Assembly (NCBI RefSeq): GCF_056989615.1
Contig: NZ_JBXSFI010000004.1
Strand: one strand, 5' to 3'
DNA: 24,000 nt
The notes under the pieces were generated by a model. The model had not been told where the DNA came from and made no database searches. It was given only the letters and a program-made list of their open reading frames with translations. A program made the translations under genes and the position numbers. This document shows, one piece after another, positions 9,287 to 17,437 of this stretch; the first letter of the stretch is position 1, and each line of letters starts with the position of its first letter.

Positions 9287-11512
9287 ATGAAGATACTGAG
9301 GCAGCTGTGGAACCAGAAAGGGCTTGATGCGGCAGTTGAAGATGTACCTGAGGATCGATACGGTTTCGGTAATATCGCAGAAAATATATCCCGTTCCATC
9401 CTTACTCTTCCTCTGGAGGCTTCAAATGTTGTCGGAATAGAAGGTGCATGGGGATCGGGTAAAACAAGCCTCCTTAATCTGATCCTGAGAAACCTTGCCC
9501 TGAAAAAAGATGCTCACACGCATGTGCTGCATATTTCTCCCTGGCTGAGTGGCGGCAGTCCGGTTGAAGCGCTCTTTCTTCCGGTTGCCACGGTTATCCA
9601 GCAGGAAATGGAAATACGCTATCCCCCGAAGGGCTTCAAAAAGCTCTGGCGTAAATATCTGTTGTCACCGGAAGCTCAAAAAGTGATTGAGTATGCTCAG
9701 GATACTTCATCGCGCGTCCTTCCACTGGTTCAATATATCGGACAGTTTTCCAGCATTATTAACTGGATAGCAGGCGGAATAAAGGTATTTTCAGACAGCC
9801 GTCTGGCTGTTGATCAGAAAACCACGACAAAGCTTCGGGCTGAAATTGCAGGACAACTGGTGAGTCTGGATCTGAAGTTCATTGTTGTCATGGATGATCT
9901 GGACCGACTGGAGCCATCCCAGGTGGCGGAAGTGTTCAGGCTTGTGCGTGCAGTAGCCGATCTGCCCCGCTTTACCCATATTCTCTGTTATGACAGGCAG
10001 ATTATCACTCATGCCGTTGAACATGCGCTGAATATCGAAGATGGCAGCCGTTATCTCCAGAAAATCATTCAGCTTAGTTTTAAATTACCCCGACCTGAAG
10101 CCTTTGATTTACGTAATGAATTTCGCCAGCGGGCTGAGGCTCTATATCAGCAAATTAATAATCAACCGCCAGACTCTGGAATGGTAAGGGATCTCATCGC
10201 GGTGACTGATACCTATGGTGCCGCACTTTCGACGCCACGGGAAATCCATCAGGCCATTAATTCCCTGATTTTTCTTTATCCGGGGATGCGGGATTTTGTT
10301 TATTTCCCTGATTTGTGCCTGCTTCAGCTTATACGGGTGACAAACCCGGCTCTGTATGACTGGACAGAGCATTACCTGACAGAACGGTCCGTGATTGAAA
10401 CCGGTCAGGGTATGCTTTCTGACGGAGAGAAAGCAGACTTCCGGGAGGGGCTTATCAGATGTATGAAGACGTTCAGGGCATCAAATGCAGACTCGTTTCT
10501 GACACTTGCAGACTGGATCCCAGGTATCAGTGGACATAATGATGAATATCTGAATCTTTTTGAGCCCGTCAGTGAGGATTTTCGTCATATCCAGACGACC
10601 GGTAAACGACTCAGCAGCCTGACGCACTGGCGATATTATTTTGCCTTCTCCTCACCACAGAATGTTCTGCCACCTGAATTCTTCAGACAGCTTTTTGAAC
10701 AGGCTGGCGTATCGGAAAAACAGCAGCAGCTTTCTGAATTGCTGCTCTCAAAAATCAACAGTGTGGGCAGTCTGTCCGGAACCTGGTTTGAACATATACT
10801 GAGCAGACTGACTCCAGGCCTGATAAGAGAACGTAATTTCGAAGAGTGCGCAGGACTGGTTCATTTTTTCTTCGATCACACCGATGAGGTGAGCACTCGC
10901 TTCAGTATCCGTAACCCATGGTTTTCCCTGCGTGAAATGGCCATTAATGAGGTTGTACGGCATCTGCTGAAGCATATGCAGGATATTGATGAGACCAGAA
11001 CGATCACGCTTATGGAAAAACTGATCGTTACGGGTGCTTCGCCGTTCTGGATAGCCGATTTTATGCGGGATCTTATCTGGGAACATGGACTTGCTCAGAA
11101 TGCAGTACCTTCGCCTTCAGACGCTCTTTTCAGTCGCGATATTACGGAACGGTTGCGTGACAGGTTTGCGGAACGTATGAATCAACCAGAACTTCAGCAA
11201 CAGCTTCTCCTGCGCAAGTCTCTTCTCGGGTATCTCTACGCCTGGAGAGACATGAGTTCAGGTGAAACCGTGAAGCAATGGGTCAGAGAAGTTACTACCA
11301 CTGATGAAGGCCTTGTTAACCTGTTGATACGATTACAGACCAGTGTCTTCAGCTCCCACCGAGGGGCATATCGCCGGATTGCGCGTGACCAGGTCAGTCC
11401 GTTCTTTGATGACTGGCCAGCAGTCGAAGAGAAGTTGAAGGTTATGCTGTCCGGCAACGAGCTGACTCCGGAGCAGGAAGCGCTCAAAACAGCGCTGGAA
11501 AATGACGACTGA
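9287..11512 (+). CDS. KAP-family P-loop NTPase
   Basis: Walker A GIEGAWGSGKTSLLN, Walker B FIVVMDDLDRLEPSQVAEVFRLVRAVADLPRFTHILCYD; 741 aa; one base after the upstream stop (taatatg). Confidence 0.9.
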   Translation: MKILRQLWNQKGLDAAVEDVPEDRYGFGNIAENISRSILTLPLEASNVVGIEGAWGSGKTSLLNLILRNLALKKDAHTHVLHISPWLSGGSPVEALFLPVATVIQQEMEIRYPPKGFKKLWRKYLLSPEAQKVIEYAQDTSSRVLPLVQYIGQFSSIINWIAGGIKVFSDSRLAVDQKTTTKLRAEIAGQLVSLDLKFIVVMDDLDRLEPSQVAEVFRLVRAVADLPRFTHILCYDRQIITHAVEHALNIEDGSRYLQKIIQLSFKLPRPEAFDLRNEFRQRAEALYQQINNQPPDSGMVRDLIAVTDTYGAALSTPREIHQAINSLIFLYPGMRDFVYFPDLCLLQLIRVTNPALYDWTEHYLTERSVIETGQGMLSDGEKADFREGLIRCMKTFRASNADSFLTLADWIPGISGHNDEYLNLFEPVSEDFRHIQTTGKRLSSLTHWRYYFAFSSPQNVLPPEFFRQLFEQAGVSEKQQQLSELLLSKINSVGSLSGTWFEHILSRLTPGLIRERNFEECAGLVHFFFDHTDEVSTRFSIRNPWFSLREMAINEVVRHLLKHMQDIDETRTITLMEKLIVTGASPFWIADFMRDLIWEHGLAQNAVPSPSDALFSRDITERLRDRFAERMNQPELQQQLLLRKSLLGYLYAWRDMSSGETVKQWVREVTTTDEGLVNLLIRLQTSVFSSHRGAYRRIARDQVSPFFDDWPAVEEKLKVMLSGNELTPEQEALKTALENDD

Positions 11513-11521
11513 CCAAAAATT

Positions 11522-11543
11522 AAGGCCGCTTAGCGGCCTTTTT
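11522..11543. terminator. Bidirectional intrinsic terminator between convergent genes
   Basis: AAGGCCGC-TTA-GCGGCCTT then TTT; A-run on the opposite side. Confidence 0.85.
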
Positions 11544-11561
11544 CTTACTAAATGAAGGAGA

Positions 11562-12461
11562 TCAGGCGCTTAATGCTTTATCCTTGTCAAAAGGAACACC
11601 GGCATACGCAAGCTCACTCAGCAGTTTGCGTTTCCATCCACCATGCTCATCAAGCTCGGTATAGAGAACCCCGGCAAGATCTGAAGGGATTTCGATATCT
11701 CCCTTCCTGAGTACAAGTACTTTCCCGCGTCCAAGCTTCCCGGCGAAATATCCGAGCTCATACAGGACATTCTGGCGTGCGCGGAGACGTGTGCTTTCAG
11801 ATGCCAGAGCACTGCCGCTATCGTCGGGCGTCATCAGCACGATGGCAAAACTGACATCCCCTGACTCTGCTTCAAATTTCTCGATAATCGTCCTGGAGCC
11901 GTCAGGACGTTCTGAAAGAATGATTTCCTCAAGACCTATCCGGGATATAAAACGGGCAACAGACTGAAGGGCATCATTATCATGGCCATGAACAATAAAA
12001 ATTTTTCGGGAAACCGGCCGAAACACTGCAGGCTCAGGATCGTGTTGGTTTTCCACATACAACTGGTAATCGCGCACGAACGGGGCAACTAATGACGACG
12101 TGAATTTTCGAATGGATTCAATAATGTTTCGATCATAGAAAAATGTATGACAGAAATTAAAGGAAAAATTGTTATCGTCTGCCATTTTCTCGATCAGCAG
12201 CAACTTCAGGCCCAAAATATCAGCGGGCTCATCAGGCCACTGTAGAACAGCGGAACCAGCCATGCTGGATTCAGTATCTTCACTCCTGGCCAGAAAGGTA
12301 TCAAGTTCAACATTGCGGGTCAGATGTGCATTAACTGACTGCAGATTCTCTGAGTTCAAGAGCCGGGCCAATTGCTTAAGAGGTTGCTGATAGTTCTGAA
12401 CGTCAGCGCGCTGAAGGTCGAATACGCAATTTTTAAGTGACTGAAAGATATCAATTGCCAT
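11562..12461 (-). CDS. TIR-like predicted nucleotide-binding protein (PF10137 / CAP12-Pycsar effector type)
   Basis: C-terminal half KIFIVHGHDNDALQSVARFISRIGLEEIILSERPDGSRTIIEKFEAE…FAIVLMTPDDSG…ARQNVLYELGYFAGKLGRGKVLVL; N-terminal ~150 aa unassigned. Confidence 0.88.
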   Translation of the reverse strand: MAIDIFQSLKNCVFDLQRADVQNYQQPLKQLARLLNSENLQSVNAHLTRNVELDTFLARSEDTESSMAGSAVLQWPDEPADILGLKLLLIEKMADDNNFSFNFCHTFFYDRNIIESIRKFTSSLVAPFVRDYQLYVENQHDPEPAVFRPVSRKIFIVHGHDNDALQSVARFISRIGLEEIILSERPDGSRTIIEKFEAESGDVSFAIVLMTPDDSGSALASESTRLRARQNVLYELGYFAGKLGRGKVLVLRKGDIEIPSDLAGVLYTELDEHGGWKRKLLSELAYAGVPFDKDKALSA

Positions 12462-12741
12462 CCTGCCCGCTCTCCTGTCTTTGTTGTTCTGCTCTGTCCA
12501 GAATCTGTTGGCGCAGATTTTCTTTCATGTGTTCGATTAATGGGCTGACCATCGGATTAGTGGCATAACCAGAAGCGCGTTCGTACACCATGGAATAGGC
12601 TTCCTGAATCGCGTTCTCAATGCTGACAGGATCGTTAGCATCGAAGTGGACATCATAACTTCCGTTTAATGCCTCTGTTGCTCTCTCAACCTCTTTTAGC
12701 TGTTTCTGCATTTTGTCTAAACCTGTGATTTTGACGCTCAT
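12451..12741 (-). CDS. Small 96-aa protein, likely partner of the TIR-like gene
   Basis: ORF overlaps the downstream TIR-like start by 11 nt; MSVKITGLDKMQKQLKEVERATEALNGSYDVHFDANDP…. Confidence 0.75.
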   Translation of the reverse strand: MSVKITGLDKMQKQLKEVERATEALNGSYDVHFDANDPVSIENAIQEAYSMVYERASGYATNPMVSPLIEHMKENLRQQILDRAEQQRQESGQDGN

Positions 12742-12891
12742 AACAACCTCCGGACTAAGTGAGATGTATCAACCTTTATAGATAGCACGTTGGAGATGTG
12801 GGGTAAGGGATATCACTCAAATTCCATGTAATTTCATTAAGATCAGACTTAACCTTTTTTCGGATCTCCGATAAAAAAGAAAGAAATAGAG

Positions 12892-13020
12892 ATATGCTAA
12901 ACATATGCCTGGCATCTACATATGCTACCGCTATACATATGCCACACATCTGCCTATACTAAACATATGCACACACCCGGTGCTTTGAATATTCCGGATA
13001 TGTTTCACATATCCATATGC
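12892..13020. promoter_or_regulatory. ATATGC repeat array upstream of vagC, probable VagCD operator region
   Basis: ATATGC at 12892, 12903, 12920, 12937, 12965 and 13015; the 12903/12920/12937/12965 copies are all within ACATATGC. Confidence 0.6.
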
Positions 13021-13036
13021 TCGGGAGAGAAAAAAC

Positions 13037-13267
13037 ATGAGAACCGTATCGATATTCAAAAATGGCAACAACCGCGCCATCCGTCTGCCTCGTGATCTGG
13101 ATTTTGAGGGGGTGAGCGAGCTCGAGATCGTCCGGGAAGGGGACAGCATCATCCTGCGCCCCGTCCGGCCAACCTGGGGATCATTCCTAGAGTACGAAAA
13201 AGCCGATCCAGATTTTATGGCGGAGCGCGAGGATGTTGTCAGCGACGAAGGGCGATTTAACCTGTGA
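13037..13267 (+). CDS. vagC: VapB-family antitoxin VagC
   Basis: 76-aa MRTVSIFKNGNNRAIRLPRDLDFEGVSELEIVREGDS… (AbrB-like). Confidence 0.93.
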   Translation: MRTVSIFKNGNNRAIRLPRDLDFEGVSELEIVREGDSIILRPVRPTWGSFLEYEKADPDFMAEREDVVSDEGRFNL

Positions 13268-13680
13268 ACAAGACTTATATGCTTGATACCTGTATCTGCT
13301 CGTTCATCATGCGTGAACAGCCAGAAGCCGTCCTGAAGCGTCTGGAGCAGGCGGTGCTACGCGGCCACCGTATAGTGGTCTCGGCCATCACCTACTCTGA
13401 AATGCGCTTCGGGGCTACCGGCCCAAAGGCCTCACCACGTCACGTCCAACTGGTCGATGAATTCTGCGCCCGCCTCGATGCCATCCTGCCCTGGGATCGC
13501 GCCGCAGTAGACGCCACCACGAAGATTAAAGTGGCACTGCGGCTGGCCGGGACGCCGATCGGCCCGAACGACACGGCGATTGCCGGGCACGCCATCGCCG
13601 CCGGGGCGATACTGGTAACGAATAATACAAGAGAATTTGAGCGAGTGCCTGACCTGGTGCTGGAAGACTGGGTGAAGTAA
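13264..13680 (+). CDS. vagD: PIN-domain toxin VagD (VapC family)
   Basis: 138-aa MNKTYMLDTCICSFIMREQPEAV…PNDTAIAGHAIAAGAILVTNNTREFERVPDL; overlaps vagC by 4 nt. Confidence 0.94.
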   Translation: MNKTYMLDTCICSFIMREQPEAVLKRLEQAVLRGHRIVVSAITYSEMRFGATGPKASPRHVQLVDEFCARLDAILPWDRAAVDATTKIKVALRLAGTPIGPNDTAIAGHAIAAGAILVTNNTREFERVPDLVLEDWVK

Positions 13681-13718
13681 GACACTCTTTTCAAAGTCAG
13701 GAGATAAGGGCACCAAGA

Positions 13719-13742
13719 AACAGCCCGTATACGGGCTGTTTT
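13719..13742. terminator. Intrinsic terminator downstream of vagD
   Basis: AACAGCCCGT-AT-ACGGGCTGTT followed by TT. Confidence 0.8.
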
Positions 13743-13841
13743 AACAGATATCTACAGTAAGCGGTCCTAAACTGTAGGGTATCTTCGAAGATCAGACTAT
13801 CAGGGAGCTAAAGCCTATCTTCCGGCGGCAAAAACAGTGGC

Positions 13842-15980
13842 TCAAGCGATACGGGCAACCGAGCTCTGGTTTGCTGCCGGTGGCAGGGCGATGAGCTTGT
13901 CACATTCCATAATCACGTACTCCGGGATGAGATCGAATCTGGACGGATCTAGTTGACAGATGAACTCATTTTCAATGTGGTACGTTTCGTTAACGAATTT
14001 TCGTATTACCGGATGGTCCTGATCCAGTTCCAGTAAACGGAATACCTGCAGTTTTTCATAGCCGTTACGACAGCGACGGTACAGGTTTTTTATTTCATCT
14101 GGGCTGCTGACGAGAGCCTGAAGTCGCGGGTAATCAAAACTGTCCACATACTCCCGGATATCCCGCAAGGCCTGCTGAATTTTCTCAGGAGCCATTTTGG
14201 GATAGCCCGAGCCCGCAGCGGCAGGCTCGCGATAATCCAGCGGGACGACGCGTCGATGGAATAGATTGGATAGAAGCTGATAAGCATCACCACGTTCGTC
14301 AACGATTTCAAAGTAGCGACGAAGATAGATGAGCTTAATGATCTCCTCACAGTCTGCTGACGCGGTGATGGATTTGCAGATCTGCATGAATGTCATGATA
14401 TCGCCGTCGTTAACAGGTAATTCTTCTATGACTCCAGCAGACAGGCGCAGGCAGGAGGCGGTCACCTGATTACTGAACAACCTTCTGACTGACTTCAGCG
14501 TGTCAATCACAGGCTCCACGTCATGCGTCAGCATAAGTACAGTCCGGTTCTTCAGGCATTCACCACTTGCACGTCTGAACAGCATTTCAAGAATGGCAAA
14601 CTTCTTGTTTTTATCAAAAGAAGATATGGGATCATCAAGGATAATCAGTCCCGGGTTTTTTGACAGGCATTCATACATGAATAACACAATCGCAAAGGCG
14701 TTCCGTTCTCCATAGCTGAGATGCTGGCTACCGCCGCTGACGTACCCGTCAAAATCTATGTGTCGTAGCCTGAGTTTTCTCTGCTCTCCCTCGCCGGCTA
14801 TATCCACCCTGTATTTATAGCCTGCATAAGTGAGGAAATTATTGATGTTTGTTTTGTGCTGTGCGATCAGCCGGATCATGCTGTCCCGGTGCCGGTTAAT
14901 TTTTCCCTGCAGCGGTCCGGCAAGGTTTATCAGGTCCATAAGGGCCGCGTTCAGTCTGTCGGTGATCCCCTGCATGAGTTCGGATTGCAGATCAGGGAAG
15001 AACTGCAGGTCAATCAACCTGGCAGTGAGCACCTCCCGAACGTTCTGCTGTTCCTGCAGGCTGAAAACATTCAGGCCTCTCAGCGCAGTGAGTTTCTCTG
15101 TCAGCGTATCGGTCTGGCGTTTCAACGCCACTAGGTACTCGATATGTTCGGCTTCCGGACCGTTCTGAAGCATAGTAATGGCCAGAAGGCGTTCTCTGGC
15201 GCTCTCCGTCAGGTAATTACCGAGGTTTTCCACCAGTCTGATGATAGCGGTCAGGTTTTTAATGGTGGATTTATCGTATTCCTCTCTGACTTGGCGAATT
15301 TGTGCTTCCTTTCCCGTGATATCACCGGTACAGAACGGACAGCAGCCATCCGAAAGGGGCGAAAACTCGAGTCCCTTTGTCTGCCAGTCAATCCATTCCA
15401 CGCGGCGTTCACTGCGGATGTAGGGTTGATAGTTCTCAAGACCAGCCGGAATGTGGTGTATTTTATTTCCGCCTGACAGACCTCTCATGCCGGTTGAAGA
15501 ACGTGAAATCCCGGAACTGGTTGATCTGAAAGCATTACTGAGTTCCTGTAGATGGTCTATCAGAGAGTTCAGCTCAGTGTGATCCGTGAAAACAGCCCGG
15601 ATCTTTTGCGTCATTTCTTCTATTTCACGCTCTCTTTCCGCATGGGCTTGATTGCGGATAAGAATATTAAAGCTATCACTGATGAGCTCGTCCGGTTGGA
15701 ACGTAAACTGACTGACGTACTCCTCGTTGAAGCACATCACGTCCCCAATCCCGTCAGCACCGATGACAATGGGCCCGGTGCTATCGGGGTTTTCTCCGCG
15801 CAGCCGGAAGGGCATCAGTGCCTGTAGTCCCTGAATGTCGTCCCGCGCCGCACAGCTTATGGCCCGTGACAGCGTACTTTTTCCAGTACCATTTGGCGCA
15901 AACTTAATGTTCAGTTTATCGGCAGTGAGGGTGATATGTGCTCGTACGATGTTATTGCAGTGGCGTATTTCAATGTCCAT
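13842..15980 (-). CDS. AAA_13-like (PrrC/RloC-related) ATPase with CCPFC motif
   Basis: 712 aa; Walker A APNGTGKSTLSRA, ABC-like signature HLSYGERNAFAI, Walker B LIILDDPISSFDKNKK, H-loop LTHD, CCPFCTGD; C-terminal ETYHIENEFICQLDP. Confidence 0.85.
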   Translation of the reverse strand: MDIEIRHCNNIVRAHITLTADKLNIKFAPNGTGKSTLSRAISCAARDDIQGLQALMPFRLRGENPDSTGPIVIGADGIGDVMCFNEEYVSQFTFQPDELISDSFNILIRNQAHAEREREIEEMTQKIRAVFTDHTELNSLIDHLQELSNAFRSTSSGISRSSTGMRGLSGGNKIHHIPAGLENYQPYIRSERRVEWIDWQTKGLEFSPLSDGCCPFCTGDITGKEAQIRQVREEYDKSTIKNLTAIIRLVENLGNYLTESARERLLAITMLQNGPEAEHIEYLVALKRQTDTLTEKLTALRGLNVFSLQEQQNVREVLTARLIDLQFFPDLQSELMQGITDRLNAALMDLINLAGPLQGKINRHRDSMIRLIAQHKTNINNFLTYAGYKYRVDIAGEGEQRKLRLRHIDFDGYVSGGSQHLSYGERNAFAIVLFMYECLSKNPGLIILDDPISSFDKNKKFAILEMLFRRASGECLKNRTVLMLTHDVEPVIDTLKSVRRLFSNQVTASCLRLSAGVIEELPVNDGDIMTFMQICKSITASADCEEIIKLIYLRRYFEIVDERGDAYQLLSNLFHRRVVPLDYREPAAAGSGYPKMAPEKIQQALRDIREYVDSFDYPRLQALVSSPDEIKNLYRRCRNGYEKLQVFRLLELDQDHPVIRKFVNETYHIENEFICQLDPSRFDLIPEYVIMECDKLIALPPAANQSSVARIA

Positions 15981-16208
15981 TTATCTGTCCTTTGCCAGTT
16001 ATTCCGGGGGGATTCATATCCTTCCGCAAAATGTGCCCGCATGCTGTGATGCAGATACATAATACATTTCGTTTATACCATTGCTTACACCTCTCCGAGG
16101 TGTTCATATCAGAAACAAAGATTAGGTCGATCCGACTTAGCCGGAAACTGGATCTGCGCGGCAGAAAAGACGCAAATGATATGATAATTAAGAAATATAT
16201 ATAAAATC

Positions 16209-16255
16209 ATATCAGATATGGTTTTCATCATTGATGATAAAACAATATCTGATAT
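16209..16255. repeat. Long near-perfect inverted repeat upstream of the 85-aa ORF
   Basis: ATATCAGATAT (16209-16219) / ATATCTGATAT (16245-16255) with inner GTTTT…TCATCA-T-TGATGA…AAAAC arms. Confidence 0.8.
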
Positions 16256-16333
16256 TATCAGAAATCATGAGCACACAAATCATGCAGGATATTATTTTTA
16301 CCTGTCAGTACATTATCAGATGGAGCGTGCAGG

Positions 16334-16591
16334 ATGGATGAAGAAAGGGTGTTTTCACTCAGCTATGAACAACTGACCCGGTTTGCGGAAAAACGCATCC
16401 GGGAATGCAATCTGGACAGCCAGGGCGCGATTTATCTCTGCGAGTCAGCCAAAGCCGGAGCCGTGCTGATCTTCTGGCATGAACTGGCCATAAATGGCTA
16501 TGCCTCAATGAATGCCATAAAGAGACAGGAGCTCATTGACGCCGACTTTCAGCGCCTCAGAAACCTCATCTGGCCGGAGGATGACAGGTAA
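16334..16591 (+). CDS. Hypothetical 85-aa protein
   Basis: MDEERVFSLSYEQLTRFAEKRIRECNLDSQG…; stop overlaps next start (taATG). Confidence 0.75.
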   Translation: MDEERVFSLSYEQLTRFAEKRIRECNLDSQGAIYLCESAKAGAVLIFWHELAINGYASMNAIKRQELIDADFQRLRNLIWPEDDR

Positions 16592-17181
16592 TGACCCAGA
16601 GCCGCCGACCGTCGCCACTGCAGCGGAGAGTGCTGATTGTGCTGGCTGCGCTTGATGAAAAACGGCCGGGCCCCGTGCTGACGCGGGACCTGGAACGGGT
16701 GCTGGAGCGAAGCGGGGAAGCCCCGGTCTACGGGCCAAACCTGCGCGCCTCCTGCCGTCGTCTGGAGGATGCCGGCTGGCTGCGTACCCTGCGCGCCCCG
16801 AATCTGCAGCTGGCTGTCGAGCTGACGGACGCCGGCCGGGCCGTGGCACAGCCTCTGCTGCTGGCAGAACAGGACCGCCTCCGGGCAGAACAGCGTGCGG
16901 CAGAAGTCGTCGTACTGCCGCTGGTCCCGGCAGCAGGTCTGCCCGCAGACGGCACTTCTGCCACTGATCTGGCGGTGCAGCTGAACGGCATAACGTATCA
17001 GGCCTGCCGTGGGGATTTTGTGGTACGTCTCGACGGCAGCACCTGTCTGCAGTTATGGAATAAAGAAGGCAGGGTGGTACGCCTGGAGGGCGATCCGCTG
17101 GAAGTGGCGCAGTGGCTGCAGGCCTGTCACGATGCCGGAATGGAGGTTCGTGTACAGGTTAATGAAAGCGTCACCCCGTAA
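16591..17181 (+). CDS. Hypothetical 196-aa protein, possible N-terminal winged helix
   Basis: LQRRVLIVLAALDEKRPGPVLTRDLERVLER…NLRASCRRLEDAGWLRTL…VELTDAGRAVAQPLL resembles wHTH; translationally coupled to the upstream ORF. Confidence 0.75.
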   Translation: MTQSRRPSPLQRRVLIVLAALDEKRPGPVLTRDLERVLERSGEAPVYGPNLRASCRRLEDAGWLRTLRAPNLQLAVELTDAGRAVAQPLLLAEQDRLRAEQRAAEVVVLPLVPAAGLPADGTSATDLAVQLNGITYQACRGDFVVRLDGSTCLQLWNKEGRVVRLEGDPLEVAQWLQACHDAGMEVRVQVNESVTP

Positions 17182-17437
17182 AAACATACCAGCACGGTTT
17201 ACACATCATCCCATGGTGGCAGCTGGTTAACTTTCCTGCGCCACCAGTGGATAGGAGATATGATCAGTCATAACATTAAGTCTAAAATTACAGACATCTC
17301 AAAAAGTCTGTAGCATAAAAGAGGCCTGATGTAGAATACTGTGCCAAATAGAATATTAAAAGGATTTGATATATCCCCTGTTCACAGTTATATGTTTCTG
17401 AATTACATGGTGAATCCCCCCAACATAATGCTAGGAT

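Noticed and set aside
9287-11512. QatABCD system based on the KAP ATPase
   Set aside because: No QatB, QueC-like QatC or TatD-like QatD neighbours; only the KAP class is shared.
11562-12741. CBASS or Pycsar system
   Set aside because: The TIR-like domain matches that effector class but no CD-NTase or cyclase gene is in the window.
12931-13152. 73-aa minus-strand ORF
   Set aside because: Antisense to vagC and its operator region; no supporting RBS or homology.
17300-17330. ACAGAC…GTCTGT inverted repeat downstream of the 196-aa ORF
   Set aside because: Only a 6-bp stem with A-rich loop and no T-tract; too weak to call a terminator.
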